This document shows positions 12,870 to 25,953 of a DNA stretch of 64,000 nucleotides, piece by piece. This DNA is from Eledone cirrhosa (taxonomy: Eukaryota), in the NCBI GenBank assembly GCA_964016885.1, contig OZ024740.1, forward strand, positions 395,746,001 through 395,810,000. Reading direction: 5' to 3'. The translations under genes and the position numbers were made by a program. The number at the start of each line of letters is the position of its first letter. Positions within the stretch are counted from its first letter, which is position 1. Below the pieces are notes generated by a model. The model ran no database searches. It saw only the letters and a list, made by a program, of their open reading frames with translations, and was not told the origin of the DNA.

Positions 12870-13520
12870 CTCGGCCACATTACAGCCTGGACTGTGTTTT
12901 TTTTTTTGTCGTGACACCTACACGACCTCATTTATTTAGGACTGGATGTTGTGGTACCAACATAACTTTACATCGAAAGGGGTGGTGTGGATGGGGTGGG
13001 GGTAGTGGGACGGGGTGTGTTTTGGTAAGAGGTGCCTACTGACTGTAGGTTTCGCTTTGCACTTATGCAAGGCGGGTCTTCTGTATTGCTGCGTAGCGCC
13101 AAAGATCTCGGTCCAGTGACATTGTCTTGGAGAGGTGTAAGTGTGTGAGGTCGGAATTTATCAAGTCGTCCCAGGTTTTTCTGGGTCTGCCTACTCCGTG
13201 GCTACCGTCTATTTTGATCGCCCTGCACTTTTTTATACAGCTGTCGTCTTTCATGCGCATCACGTGACCATACAAACGTAGTCTTCTCTCGAGTAGACAA
13301 CATCTGATCCCTCTTATTCCTAATTTCTCACTTAGTTCATTTATGCTTTGCCGTTCACGTATATTACTATTACACATCCAACAGAGCATGCAAGCTTCGT
13401 TCCTCTCCAGTCTGCGTATATCCTCTGCACACAATGCCCAAGTGTCACTGCCATGTAACATTGCTGTTCGTATGCAGGCATCATACAGCCTGCCTTTCAT
13501 TTTTAGAGAAACCTTTAGCG
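12870..13520 (-). mobile_element. RTE-type LINE 3' fragment
   Basis: ORF 13063-13539 reads KGRLYDACIR...GRPRKTW. Confidence 0.85.
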
Positions 13521-13569
13521 ACACTATATATATATACATTATATTTTATATATATATTATATTTTATAA

Positions 13570-15140
13570 GAGGGTGTTAAAGTTTGCTTGAAGCATTGTG
13601 AAATATGTAGTTTAGAAAGCCACAACAATGCAGATGGGAAATCTCGAGGAAGGAAGTGAGTGAGAAATAGGAGAAAAGTGGAAAATGAGACAAAAAGGAA
13701 AACAAAACAAAGGTAGAAGGGTTACCGTAGTGGAGATTTAATCCCAATATTTCGGGCTCACGCCCATCAACGGGAGGAAAGTTCCAAAAGGGGGGGAACA
13801 GGCTAAGCCGGAGAAAGTTGTTGTATTGTCGTTAAAACATAGGAATGCCGTTATGGGGAAAATTCAAACGAGGGAAAGAATGCGCGTGCGCGTGATAGGC
13901 TGTGGCAAAAGCTACTGACCAATTGGGTTAAATCAATAGGGTGCGCTAGCGCGTGAAAGTCGTAAAATATGTGTGTGTAAATATATATGTGTGTGTAACT
14001 GTGTGTGTATATGTGTATGTGTGTATGTATGTGAGTGTGTGTGTGTGAAAGATAGTGGGCCGTAAAAGCTGGAATTCAAAGAGTGTGAAAGGTGGTAGGT
14101 TGTATAAACATGTGTGCGTGTATAAATATAGATGTGTGTGTGTGTGTGTGTATGGGCATACATATAAGTGCGTGTGTGTGAAAGATAGTAGGCCGTAGGG
14201 GCTGTTACTGGTCACTATGGTTAGATTAGCCATGTCAGTTCATTTCTCTCAGCCCGGTTGTTAAGTGGGGGTCTGAGATTCTTAATAACAAGTGCTTCCT
14301 TTATCCTTAAGGATCCGATGCTGCGTTCAGTCGCTAGGACTGTGACCAAGGGTCTGTCCTGTGGGTTTCCGCATTTAAGGATGTGTTTACGGAAGGAAGA
14401 TGCGTTGGTGTTGACATGTTCCTTGATACGAACATGTAGGGGTCGGATGGTGCTACCTATGTAAAACTTGTTACATTTATCGCATTGAATCTTATATACG
14501 ACATAGGTGCGTAGGCAATCTGCCCCCCGTATCGGGCAGTTGCTGAGAGAACACGTCCCATCTGACTCGTCGAGTTTGGTGGAGAGGCATCTTCGGAGGG
14601 AAGGTCCTGTGTGGGCCAAATGTATGTCAAGTCCCTCCCTCCGTATGGCCCTGCGGATGGCGTTCGTGGTATATTCACTCAGGTGAGGGATTTTAAAGAA
14701 GCACTTGTATTGATCTAAGTTTCTAGTGGGTGTCTGTCTATTGGGTCTGGGGTCTCTAATTCCGTTAATCAGTCGCTTGGAATATCCATTAGACTTGAGT
14801 AGATTGCGGAATTGCGTGGTATGGGTGAGACCACCCATCGGGTCGCTGCATCTATTAGTGATCCGTGTAAGTTCATTTAGGACATAGCCTCTCTTAGCGT
14901 TGTTGGGGAGGGCTGAGTTGTAATGCACAAATAAGTCCTTGCACGCTGCCTTGCGGTAGAAGGTGGTGTTTATGTCTTCTTCTTCCGAGATGTTGATACG
15001 GAAGTCGAGGAGGGCGAGTGACCCGTCTTCTTCAGGGTGTTCGATGGTGAAATCGACGTGATGATCAGTGTCGTTAAAGATTTGGTGAATTTCATTCGCC
15101 ATCTCCCGGGAAGAAGTGAGTATCAGTATGTCATCAACGT
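13570..15140 (-). mobile_element. Penelope-like element (RT C-terminus plus GIY-YIG)
   Basis: ORF 14221-15102 contains FTIE, LLDFRI, FYRK, VVYKIQC, FYIGST and EALVIKNLRPPLN. Confidence 0.88.
13742..13777 (-). ncRNA. Degenerate minimal hammerhead at the 3' end of Penelope element 13570-15140
   Basis: The minus strand reads CCGTTGA-t-gggc-gtga-gccc-GAAA-TA-TT-ggga, with two core mismatches. Confidence 0.4.
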
Positions 15141-15479
15141 ATCAGTATGTCATCAACGTATTATATTTTATATATATTTTATATATTATAGTTAAAACAA
15201 AAACAATAACGAAGAGTGCAGTACAAAGTGTTAGTATTAGGTTCACGCTTGAGAGTGGGGAGTGGATTATATATTATATATATATATTATATTATATACC
15301 ATCATCGTTTAACGTCTATCTTCCACGCTAGCATGGAATATTATATATTATATACATCTATTATATATATTATATATACATATATTATATATATTATAAC
15401 TTAACTTTGATAACTTTGATAAGTTTCAGCCACTATTGGCTCAAGCCATGTCTAACTTAATAGCACCACCTGGTGAAGT

Positions 15480-16382
15480 CTTTCAAATCAGGATTTGGGC
15501 ACCATGGCCCTCTCAAGTAGAGAGTTATTGTTTACGGAGGCATATCCGGGTCTAGGAGGTTTATATGGGATTTCTTAAAGGAATTTGTCCAAAGACTTCT
15601 TGAACTTTATGAGGTCCGTTTCCGTTTTAATGTGTTTTGGTGTTAAAGAGAGCGGGGCCAATTGAGGTGAAATAATTGTGCCTTAGGTGTACCTTAAATA
15701 TGATGCCAACATTATTTGGGCAATGCTGATGGAATATTTTCCACATCATGCAGATAATGTAGCGCTCATGGCGACGTTGGAGAGAATAAAGGTTGAGCTT
15801 TTCTAATCGACTCCAATAATCAAGGCTTGTCATGCCATCTATCTTTTTTGTAATTGACCTTTGACGTGCTTCAACTTTCATGATACTTTGTTTCGTGTGG
15901 GGAGACTACAGTGGACAACAGTATTCAAAGTGGGGTCGGGCAAAAGTGGAGAAGAGAAGGATAACAGTGTGGATATCTCTCGACTGGAAGGTTCTGAGAA
16001 TCCAGGAACACATTCTGCGGGCCATGTCAACTTTGCTGTTTATATGAGTGGCCCAGCTTATGTTGTTGTCCACAATTACTCCCAGGTCTCTGATGTTGTT
16101 GGATGCCACAAGAGTTTCACCTGAAGGAAGAGAGTATGGGAGTTTCAGGGCATCCTTTTTTCCAAAGTGGATTAACTCAAACTTATCCTCATTCAGCAGC
16201 ATATCGTTGTTTTCTGCCCATTGGATAACAGCCAGTAGGTCTGACTGAAGGCAAGTCCAGTCACCCACCTCATTGATGACCCTTTGGAGCTTGGAATCAT
16301 CTGCCAAGATTCTTATGTTGCTGTGCTTGATGATGTCAGTAATGTCATTAATGTAGATGATGAAAAGAAGTGGGCCCAACAC
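15480..16382 (-). mobile_element. CR1-like LINE 3' fragment
   Basis: Motifs LGPLLFIIYIND, LADDSKL, RDLGVIVD, RPHFEYC and LYSLQRR. Confidence 0.85.
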
Positions 16383-17015
16383 AGCAGATCAACTGATCAG
16401 TCAGATTTGCATATCAGCAGACTGGCCACTCAGTCTCCTGTATATGAGCGATTAATGGCTTTGCCAAATTCAAATTAAAGAAAAAATGTTTACTCTACAT
16501 GGCTGCTAATATGCAGATCTGATTAATCAACCAGTCTGCTAATATGCACATCAGGCCGATCAGTCACTGTATATTTTAGAGAATGTCATATATTTTCACT
16601 AGCTCTGACAGTTGGCAGGTAAACAGTGAACTGTACTGATGGAGGGTAATACCCAGAAACATTAGTGTCTGCAGTTCTGTTTACATGCCAACACAAGAGC
16701 AAGAATGATGGGCTCATTCTACTGATATGGCTTTAAAAATGAGGCGTGTTTGCATAATTGCAAATGAATCGAATATTATTATTAATATTTGAAAAACTCA
16801 GATTACATTTATTGTATTCAGCCATGTAGAGCGAAAAAAAATTTTTATTTGGATTTGGTAAGGCCGGCCATTAATTGCTCGTATACAGGAGACTAACTGG
16901 CTAGTCTGCTGATATGCAAATCTGGCTGATCAGTGGAGCTGCTAATATGCAGATCTGACTAATCAGCCAGTCTGCTAATATGCAATCAGGCTGATCAGTC
17001 ACTGAATATTTTAGA
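16383..17015 (+). mobile_element. Retrozyme-like element (~436-bp monomer, partial tandem plus inverted piece) with hammerhead at 16628-16677
   Basis: Direct repeat 16503-16580 / 16939-17015 and inverted repeat 16383-16505 / 16819-16943. Motif gaactgta-CTGATGG-a-gggt-aat-accc-a-GAAA-CATTAGTG-TC-tgcagttc with an extended helix I. Confidence 0.7.
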
Positions 17016-17215
17016 GGTCGGGTCTTCTGTATTACTGCAAGACACCAGAGGTCACAGTCCTGTGTCATCGCCATTGAGAGGTGCAATTGAGCAAGGTCCA
17101 CTTTTATCACCTCATCCCAGGTCTTCCTGGGTCTCCCCACTCCACGGCTTCTATCAACTTTTAGTAATCTGCTTTCTTGAACCATCCTATATATATGTAT
17201 ATATATTTGAACCAT

Positions 17216-17284
<69 letters not shown>

Positions 17285-17290
<6 letters not shown>

Positions 17291-18197
17291 AAGGTTTAGC
17301 AAATAATGAAAAAGTTTCAAAATAAATTTTAAAAAATTGACTTTACCTACTATAGTTACCTTTACCGATCGGTTTCGAATCCCAAAAATAAAACGGAGAC
17401 CATACGGCCTTCGTTGCAAAGAAAGATTCTCGTCAGAAGGTTCTTTTCATTCAAAGAATATAAAATTCCTGAATTTAAATCACAGACTAGCGCTATCAAA
17501 ACTGTTCCCGGGATGAGAGTGGATGATGTAGAAACAGGTTTATCAAGGGCCGAAGCAAAGATAGAGGTAGAAGGTGGTAGGTCAAACCAGCCACAGCTAT
17601 CGCTAGCAGCAGTCAGAACGACCAAATTTGTTCTCAACATTAGTGGAGGTAGTAGTAATAGGATATGGGTTCCTTCACGCACAAGGCGCTAGGGTACGCA
17701 TGTATTGTCCAACCAGATGTCAGTGTGGTTCAATGGCGGGTTAATAAATTAACGAGCCAGAACAAATATAAACAAGGTTTAGCAAATAATGAAAAAGTTT
17801 CAAAATAAATTTTAAAAAATTGACTTTACCTACTATAGTTACCTTTACCGATCGGTTTCGAATCCCAAAAATAAAACGGAGACCATACGGCCTTCGTTGC
17901 AAAGAAAGATTCTCGTCAGAAGGTTCTTTTCATTCAAAGAATATAAAATTCCTGAATTTAAATCACAGACTAGCGCTATCAAAACTGTTCCCGGGATGAG
18001 AGTGGATGATGTAGTTATAGTAGGTAAAGTCAATTTTTTAAAATTTATTTTGAAACTTTTTCATTATTTACTAAACCTTGTTTATATTTGTTCTGGCTCG
18101 TTAATTTATTAACCCGCCATTGAACCACACTGGCATCTGGTTGGACAATACATGCGTACCCTAGCGCCTTGTGCGTGAAGGAACTCATATCCTATTA
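17285..18197 (-). mobile_element. Retrozyme-like element (483-bp monomer, 1.5 tandem copies plus inverted piece) with hammerheads at 17358-17441 and 17841-17924
   Basis: ataaacaaggtttagc recurs at 17285 and 17768, with an inverted copy at 18014-18197. The minus strand reads acctt-CTGACGA-gaatctt...gggattc-GAAA-CCGATCGG-TA-aaggt. Confidence 0.82.
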
Positions 18198-18611
18198 TAT
18201 ATATATATATATATATTTGAACCATCCTATATATATATATATGTATAGGGATGGTTCAAGAAAGCAACGGCAGGTCCCTATCATTCCACTGCAAAGTGGT
18301 CGTGGAGTTGCCACGGAAAAAAAGCACCCAGCACTCACTGTAAATGAGGTTGGTGTTAGGAAGGGCATCCAGCTGTAGAAATCAAGCCAGAATCAGTTCC
18401 CATCCCACCCTTGCAAGCAAGGAAAAGCGGACGTAAAATGATGATGATGATGAGGATGATGATGATGATGATGATGATGTTGATATATGAGGATTTGTGC
18501 TCTAAAATAGTGATGTATACATGAATGTATGTATAGCATATTTGGCAATATACTGTATGTTTAATTAAAAACATTTAGAAGTCCATACACTATCAGTTTT
18601 AGAATTCTAGT

Positions 18612-18653
18612 GACTCTGATGAATGTCAACCAGCGTGAAACAGACTGTCAGCT
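18612..18653 (+). ncRNA. Hammerhead motif in fold-back element ~18514-18782 (310-bp-family relative, canonical core)
   Basis: CTGATGA-atgt-caacca-gcgt-GAAA-CAGACTG-TC-agct. The 5' strand of helix I is disrupted by the inversion. Confidence 0.6.
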
Positions 18654-19271
18654 TCTCTCCCTTCTTTCACCAAAAAGAAGTAAGTGACATAGTCACTACT
18701 TTAAAACTGATAGTGTATGGTCTTCTAAATGTTTTTAATTAAACATACGGCATATTGCCAAATATACTATACATACATTCATCATCATCATCACCGTTTT
18801 ACGTCCGTTCTTCCACGCTAGCATGGGTTAGACGGGTTGTCTTGTTGTGGGCAGTGTCCGGTCGGCTGACCATGCCTTGCTTATACAGGAACTGATTTTG
18901 GCTTGATTTCTACAGCTGGATGCCCTTCCTAACACCAACCTCATTTACAGTGAGTGTTGGGTGCTTTTTTTCCGTGGCGCCTACACGTCCACTTTACAGT
19001 GTGGGCTGGGTGCTTTTTTGCCGTGGCACCTCCACGACCACTTTGCAGTGGGAGGGTGTGGGGGCATATTGTCTATATGCTTCAGCTTCAGCTTGTACCC
19101 GTGGGGTGTCGGGTCTTCTCTATTACTGCGTGATGCCAGAAGTCATGGTCCTGTGTCATCGCCTTTGAGAGGTGTAATTGGGTAAGGTCGGCTTTTATCA
19201 CCTCATCCCAGGTGTTCTTGCGTCTCCCCACTACCACTGATGATGATGATGATGATATTCATATATATAAA

Positions 19272-20176
19272 CAGTAGACAGCTTCTGCTACCTAGGTAAC
19301 CGAATTAGCAACGGAGGTGGGTGTTCGGAAAGTACAATAAGGGTTTGAACGAGATGGAAGAAGTTCAGGGAGCAACTGCTACTACTAGCTGCAAAAAGCT
19401 TTTCCCTCAAAATGAAAGGCAGACTGTATGATGCGTTTATACCAACAACAATGTTACAAGGTAGTTGGACCTGGGCGCTGTCTGTGGAAGACTTGCGTAG
19501 ATTAGAAAGAAACAAAGCCTGCATGCTCCGATGGATGTGTAATAGTAATATACGCGAACGGCAAAGCATAAATGAATTGAGAGAGAGACTGAGCATAAGA
19601 GGAATCCAATGCTGTGTGCAGGAGAGGCGGTTGCGTTGGTATGGACATGTGATGCGTATGAAGGATGACAGCTGCATAAAAAGGTGCAGAGCACTAGAAG
19701 TCGATGGATGCCGCGGAGTGGGGAGACCCACGAAAACCTGGGATGGGGTGATAAAAGCCGACCTTACCCAATTACACCTCTCAAAGGCGATGTCACACGA
19801 CCGTGACCTCTGGCGTCACGCAGTAATACAGAAGACCCAATCCTCCACGGGTACAAGCCGAAGCTGAAGCATATAGACAATATGTCCCCACACCCTCCCA
19901 CTGCAAAGTGGTCATGGAGGTGCCACAGCAAAAAAGCACCCAGCCTACACTGTAAAGTGGACGTGTAGGCGCCATGGAAAAAAGCACCCAGCACTCACTG
20001 TAAATGAAGTTGGTGTTAGGAAGGGCATCCAGCTGTAGAAATCAAGCCAGAATCAGTTCCTGTATGAGCAAGACAAGGTCAGCTGACAGGACACTGCCCA
20101 CAACAGGACAACCCGTCTAACCCATGCTAGCGTGGAAGAACGGACATAAAACGGTGAGGATGATGATGATGATGAT
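19272..20176 (+). mobile_element. RTE-type LINE 3' fragment, with an inverted partner at 18780-19235 (-)
   Basis: ORF 19412-19867. The 3' UTR and (GAT)n tail are mirrored at 18780-19235. Confidence 0.85.
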
Positions 20177-20356
20177 ATGTGTATATATATATATATATAT
20201 AGGATGGTTCAAGAAAGGAGATTGAGAAAGACTGAAAGTTCTAATGGAATTGGAATGGAACAGTTAGGATGAGTGCTGTAAAACAATATTATTGTTCTAA
20301 ATTAAAACATTTTTCTCCCTTAATATCTTGGGATATTTTTGAACACACAAGACAGC

Positions 20357-20446
20357 CATATCTGAGGAACCTTCGAATGCAGAGTCAGGTTCGATCTGTA
20401 ACAGATCCTGCCTCGAGCTGATCGACGGGGAAACATATGTAATATG
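20357..20446 (+). ncRNA. Hammerhead ribozyme with a large helix II insert (element ~20200-20490)
   Basis: catat-CTGAGGA-accttcga...tcgacggg-GAAA-CATATG-TA-atatg. Confidence 0.7.
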
Positions 20447-21003
20447 TTAATAAAGTGTGGTTTGATGCATTACTGATTCCTCGTTATCTATAATATATAT
20501 AATTTTTTTTTTTGTTTTTTTAAATACTACAGGACGGTATTATACCCAATGACTGGCACAACAATAGCATTGTAAATTGTAACAAGGAGAAAAAAGTAAC
20601 TGATAGACAACCAGTTCATGAAAGTTACTGAAAGGGTTGTAACACAATTATTTAGGAACAGAATTAAGACAAGATGCTACTTGGCTTTATGTTAAGTAGT
20701 GGCAGTGGCAGACTGGCCAGGTTGCCAGGTTGCCCAAAGGCAAGTGGGCCCCAGTGAGGTCCCACAGTTGCATTGCAGGGGCTCACTGTAGTATTTTAGG
20801 GGCTAATCCTTTGCTTTCAAAAAATCTTTTTTAAAAAGTCTTAGAGAAAATGTAACAAATTTTCAAAAATGAATAAATAAACAAAGCATTCGGTCAAACA
20901 ATTCCCTAGGGAATTAATAAAAACCAAAATATATGATGGTGCTAACAGTTGGAATCACTGGTTGTCTAAATCTATAGCTTACTGTATTCATTCATGCATG
21001 CAT

Positions 21004-21046
21004 ACGATGCTGACGATAGCTAATAAGCATGAAACTAGTACATCGT
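21004..21046 (+). ncRNA. Minimal hammerhead ribozyme
   Basis: acgatg-CTGACGA-ta-gct-aata-agc-at-GAAA-CTAG-TA-catcgt. Helix I is a perfect 6 bp and helix III is palindromic. Confidence 0.78.
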
Positions 21047-21286
21047 TCCTGTGTCAGTGTTGAACAAAAAGGTGATGATGGTTGCCTGAACACTGTACAG
21101 TGTAATTCAGGCTGTTTGTTGTTTACAAACAAACCGAGCATTATAATAAATGTTCGGTAAACCCATACGTACATATATATATATGTGTGCATGTATGTAT
21201 ATATATACATACTACTGTACATCTGTATACATATATGTACCAGCCGTACTAAGAGTGAGAAATGAAATTTCGTTTCAATCTTTTCC

Positions 21287-21418
<132 letters not shown>

Positions 21419-21679
21419 GAGCTGCTGACCAAATATTTTTTTTATATCAGTGGGTTAAAGACATACGTAAGATCAATTAGTGGTCAATTCTTCAGTCTAA
21501 AGTCCCTAGGAAGAATGAGTCACCAAATAATTTTTGTACAAGTTGAAAACATGTATGTATACATATATATAAATCTATATATACACATGTACATGTACAC
21601 ATACACACACTCCCAGATATATATATTGAGAGAGAGTGTGAAAGATCAATGGTCATTATTGATCAAGGTACTTGATGAA

Positions 21680-21990
21680 GGCGGTGGATTGGCAGTATCG
21701 GTAGAGGGTCGGACGCCATGCTTTCCAGCATAGTTACGTCCCTTTACGATCTGAGTTCAAGGTTGACTTTGCCTTTCATCCTTACGGGGTCGATAAAATA
21801 AAGTACCAGTAATGCACTGGGTAATTGCTGGCCTTGTGCCAAAAGTAGAAACAATTATTGATCAAGGTACTTGAGTTCAAATCCCTCCGAGGTTAACTTT
21901 GCCTTTCATCCTTACGGGGTCGATAAAATAAAGTACCAGTAATGCACTGGGACAATTGCTGGCCTTGTGCCAAAAATAGAAACAATTATT
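21680..21990 (+). mobile_element. tRNA-derived SINE (partially duplicated)
   Basis: A-box tggcagtatcgg, B-box gagttcaa(atcc) and body gtcgataaaataaagtaccag. Copies lie at 28180-28370 and 54655-54845. Confidence 0.75.
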
Positions 21991-22137
21991 GATCAAGGTA
22001 CTTTATAATTTTTATTGGAGAAGGTAACGACTACTTGCATACTCTACTCTAAATAACAATATATCATACATTCACAATTATTTAAAAATTCAATTATAAC
22101 ATTATGTATTAACATTTAGTATTACTGTATACTGCCA

Positions 22138-22316
22138 GTAATATGTACAGTATACACACTATATGTAATATGTACAGTATACACACTATATGTAATATGT
22201 ACAGTATACACACTATATGTAATATGTACAGTATACACACTATATGTAATATGTACAGTATACACACTATATGTAATATGTACAGTATACACACTATATG
22301 TAATATGTACAGTATA
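22138..22316. repeat. 27-bp minisatellite, about 6.5 copies
   Basis: Unit gtaatatgtacagtatacacactatat. Confidence 0.9.
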
Positions 22317-23029
22317 TATAAACTATAATCAGTTAAAAAAATACACATTTTTTTCTACAAAATTTTGATTGCACTGTTTTGTTTTCACTTATGTATTTTT
22401 TGAAAATGTTATTTATTCATTATAAAAATTAAATTATAGCCTTCTATATGTGGCTGAGACCCCTTTATCTCCTGGCAACCAATATTTTTAGACCCAGTCT
22501 GCAACTGGGTAGTGGTACCCACCAACCCACCAATACCCTCTTCCTTGTGAAATAACTACAGAAGTGCTTAGCTAAGAGTAAACCTCTGTACCGAGTTTTT
22601 CGGAATCTACACACACACACACAGATACGCACGTGTGTGTGTACATACATACCTATCATATAAATACATATATGTATATATATATGTGTGTGTATATGTT
22701 CATATATACATATACACATACATATGCAAACATACAGATGTGTACATATGCATATATACATATACACATACCTATGCAAACATACAGATGTGTGCATATG
22801 CATATATACATATACACATACCTATGCAAACATACAGATGTGTGCATATATATATATATATATATGTGTGTGTGTTTGTGTATATATATATATGTGTGTG
22901 TGGGTGTGTATACATTAATATATATATTCAAACTGATACATAGATACATATACACAGATACATGTATAGATACATAGTTATATATTCTGAAGAAATATAT
23001 CTATACAATTGTACGACATATATCTATAT

Positions 23030-24695
23030 CATTGTACGACAACTACAGGAGAAGTACCTAGCTAAAGGTAAACCCCTCTACTTAGCTTTTGTCGACTTGA
23101 AGAAAGCCTTCGACAGAGTCCCCCGCTCCATTATCTGGTGGGCCCTTAGAAAACTAGGTGTTGACGAATGGCTTGTGAGAGCGATACAAGCCATGTATAA
23201 AGAAACAGTCAGCAAGGTTAGAATTAACAACGAACATAGTGAAGAGTTTAGCGTAAAAGTTGGCGTCCATCAGGGCTCTGTTCTCAGCCCCCTACTATTT
23301 ATTATTGCCCTTCAGGCTATAACAGAGGAGTTCAAGACCGGCTGCCCATGGGAACTCCTATACGCAGACGACCTGACACTCATAGCTGAATCAATGGCCG
23401 AGCTAGAGAAGAAATTCCAAACATGGAAGCATGGCCTAGAATCAAAAGGACTTAAAATTAACCTGGCTAAGACTAAAGTTCTAGTTTGTAGGAAAGAAAA
23501 TAAGGCGGCGGTCCCTTCTGGGAAATGGCCATGCTCAGTGTGTAGGAAAGGCATAGGTAGAAACTCCATTTTATGTCCCAAATGCAAAGTATGGGTGCAT
23601 AAAAGATGTAGTGGGATCACAGGTAAGCTAACTAAGAACATAGATTTTACATGTGGCCGGTGCTCTGGTGCAATAAGTAGCAGCAAGTGCCAACAAAATA
23701 CTAGCTCTTACAACTGCGCAGAGGGCTCTATAGAAATAGTGGACAGCTTCCGTTACCTGGGTGACAAAATCAGCAGTGGGGGAGGGTGCTCAGAAAGTAC
23801 AGTAGCTAGAGTCAGAACTGGATGGAAAAAGTTCAGAGAGCTTATACCACTATTAGCTGCTAAAGGGTTCTCCCTAAAAATGAAAGGCAGGTTGTATGAT
23901 GCCTGCATACGAACAGCAATGTTGCATGGCAGTGAGACCTGGGCATTGTGTGCAGAGGATATACGCAGACTAGAGAGGAATGAAGCTTGCATGCTCCGCT
24001 GGATGTGTAACAGTAATATACGTGAACGGCAAAGCATAAACGAGCTAAGGAAAAAAATTAGAAATAAGAGGGATCAGATGTTGTTTACTCGAGAGAAGGC
24101 TACATTGGTATGGACACGTGATGCGCATGAAAGTCGATAGCTGTATAACAAAGTGCAGGGCAATAAAGATAGACGGTAGCCACAGAATAGGCAGACCTAG
24201 AAAAACCTGGGACGAGCTGATAAACTCCGACCTCACACACTTACACCTCTCCAAGACAATGTCACTGGACCGAGACCTTTGGCGGTACTCAGTAACAGAG
24301 AAGACCCGCCTTACCTAAATACATAGTAAAACCTACTACAACCAGTAGGCATCTCTAACAAAATACACCACCCCCACCCCATCCACACCACCCCCTTCTA
24401 TGTAAAGTTATGTCGGTGCCACGTCATCCAGGCCGAAACAAATGAGATCGTGTAGGTGTCACGACAAAAAACACACAGTCCACGCTGTAATGTGGCCGTG
24501 TAGGCAACACGGTAAAAACCTCCCAGACCCACACTGTAAATGTGGTTGGTGTTAGGAAGGGCATCCAACTGTAGAAAACCTGCCAGACAGTCCTATGCGA
24601 GCAAGACAATCACTCTTGCCTCAAGTGGGACTACCCCCGTCCAAACCCATGCAAGCGTGGAACACGGACGTTAAACGTTGATGATGATGAAGATC
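23030..24695 (+). mobile_element. RTE-type LINE 3' part with a PHD finger inside the RT region
   Basis: ORF 22962-24140 contains FVDLKKAFD, GVHQGSVLSP, YADD and a C4HC3 motif. The element ends in a (GAT)n tail. Confidence 0.9.
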
Positions 24696-25758
24696 GATAT
24701 GGACTCTGTTAAACACTGAGAAGGCAACTCATCTAGGAAAGCAGACACTTTGAATGAATATGGCTGTACAGGGTAGACAAGGACTGTGGAAAACTTAGAG
24801 AAGGCAGCCCACCTAGGAGAGCAGTTACTCTTAATTAAAACAGAGATGGATTAGAGAGGACTGTTAAATCCTGATAAACTTCTCCAGTGCTGATGGCACA
24901 ATAAAATGTACCCAGTCCCCACTGTAAAGTGATTGGTTACAGGAAGGTTATCCAGCCAAAAATCTTCTGCCTTATAAATCATGACTAGCACAAAATACAG
25001 AATTACAAATAATTGCATACACAGGTCTAACTCTGATCATGTTAGTGCTGTACATGGTAGTGGGATGGCTAGCCTAGTCAAGTGTAAGTAACCCTTGATC
25101 ATCATCAAGTAGTCACATATTCCCTTTCAGGTACAGAAAGCTATTATCAAAATATAATCCAGGCAGCAAGAGATTCCCTTCTTTTTGTAGGGTAATCCAA
25201 CTCAGTGCTACCACACTTAATATTGGCACACTGAAAAGTAGAATAAATGAAATATTGAGATGCTTGAAATGAGATGAGTTGATGTGTGCAGTGTAAGAGA
25301 TGAGATGGAAAGGTGCATCAGCCTGACAGGTAAATAGCTACAAGTTCTGGGTAAGCGTAGGAGTAGTGGGCCTTTTACTAGTTGAAAAGTGGATAGACAA
25401 AGTAATTGAGGTCGTAAGAATAAATGACAGAATTATCAATCTCAGAATAGGAACAGTTATCAACATGTATGCACCACAATTACATTTAAGTAGATGACAG
25501 AAATATTTATTCTATGAGGACTTCTTACAGATGACAGTGACCTCATTATCTTAGCGGGTGATTTTAATGGGCATGTCGGTTAGCACCAAGATGCCTACAG
25601 TGTAATGCAGGGTGGCTCGCTTTATGATGAGCGAAATCTTACAACGCTCTCTGCTAAAAAGATTACCTATACAGGGAATCAATCCCAAACACCTAATAGT
25701 TTAATAAACACTAGCACACTTAATGAAATAAAACATTGAACATTTTTTCTTTCTTTAA

Positions 25759-25953
25759 CCTGTTGACGCCATGTATATTTTACACAGCTACAATTGCTGT
25801 GCCAGGTTTTTTTTTCTTCAGTAAAATGACTATTTTACTTGAGAAACATCATATCAATAAACTAATAGCCCCATCTAGCTTTCACGTTATGAACTGTTGG
25901 AAACGAGTTCAAACATGTTAGGATGAGTTATCTCATTTACGGCATTGAAGAGG
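25759..25953. mobile_element. Degenerate piggyBac-type MITE
   Basis: TTAA on both sides and an imperfect TIR cctgttgacgcc / ggcattgaagagg. Confidence 0.45.
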
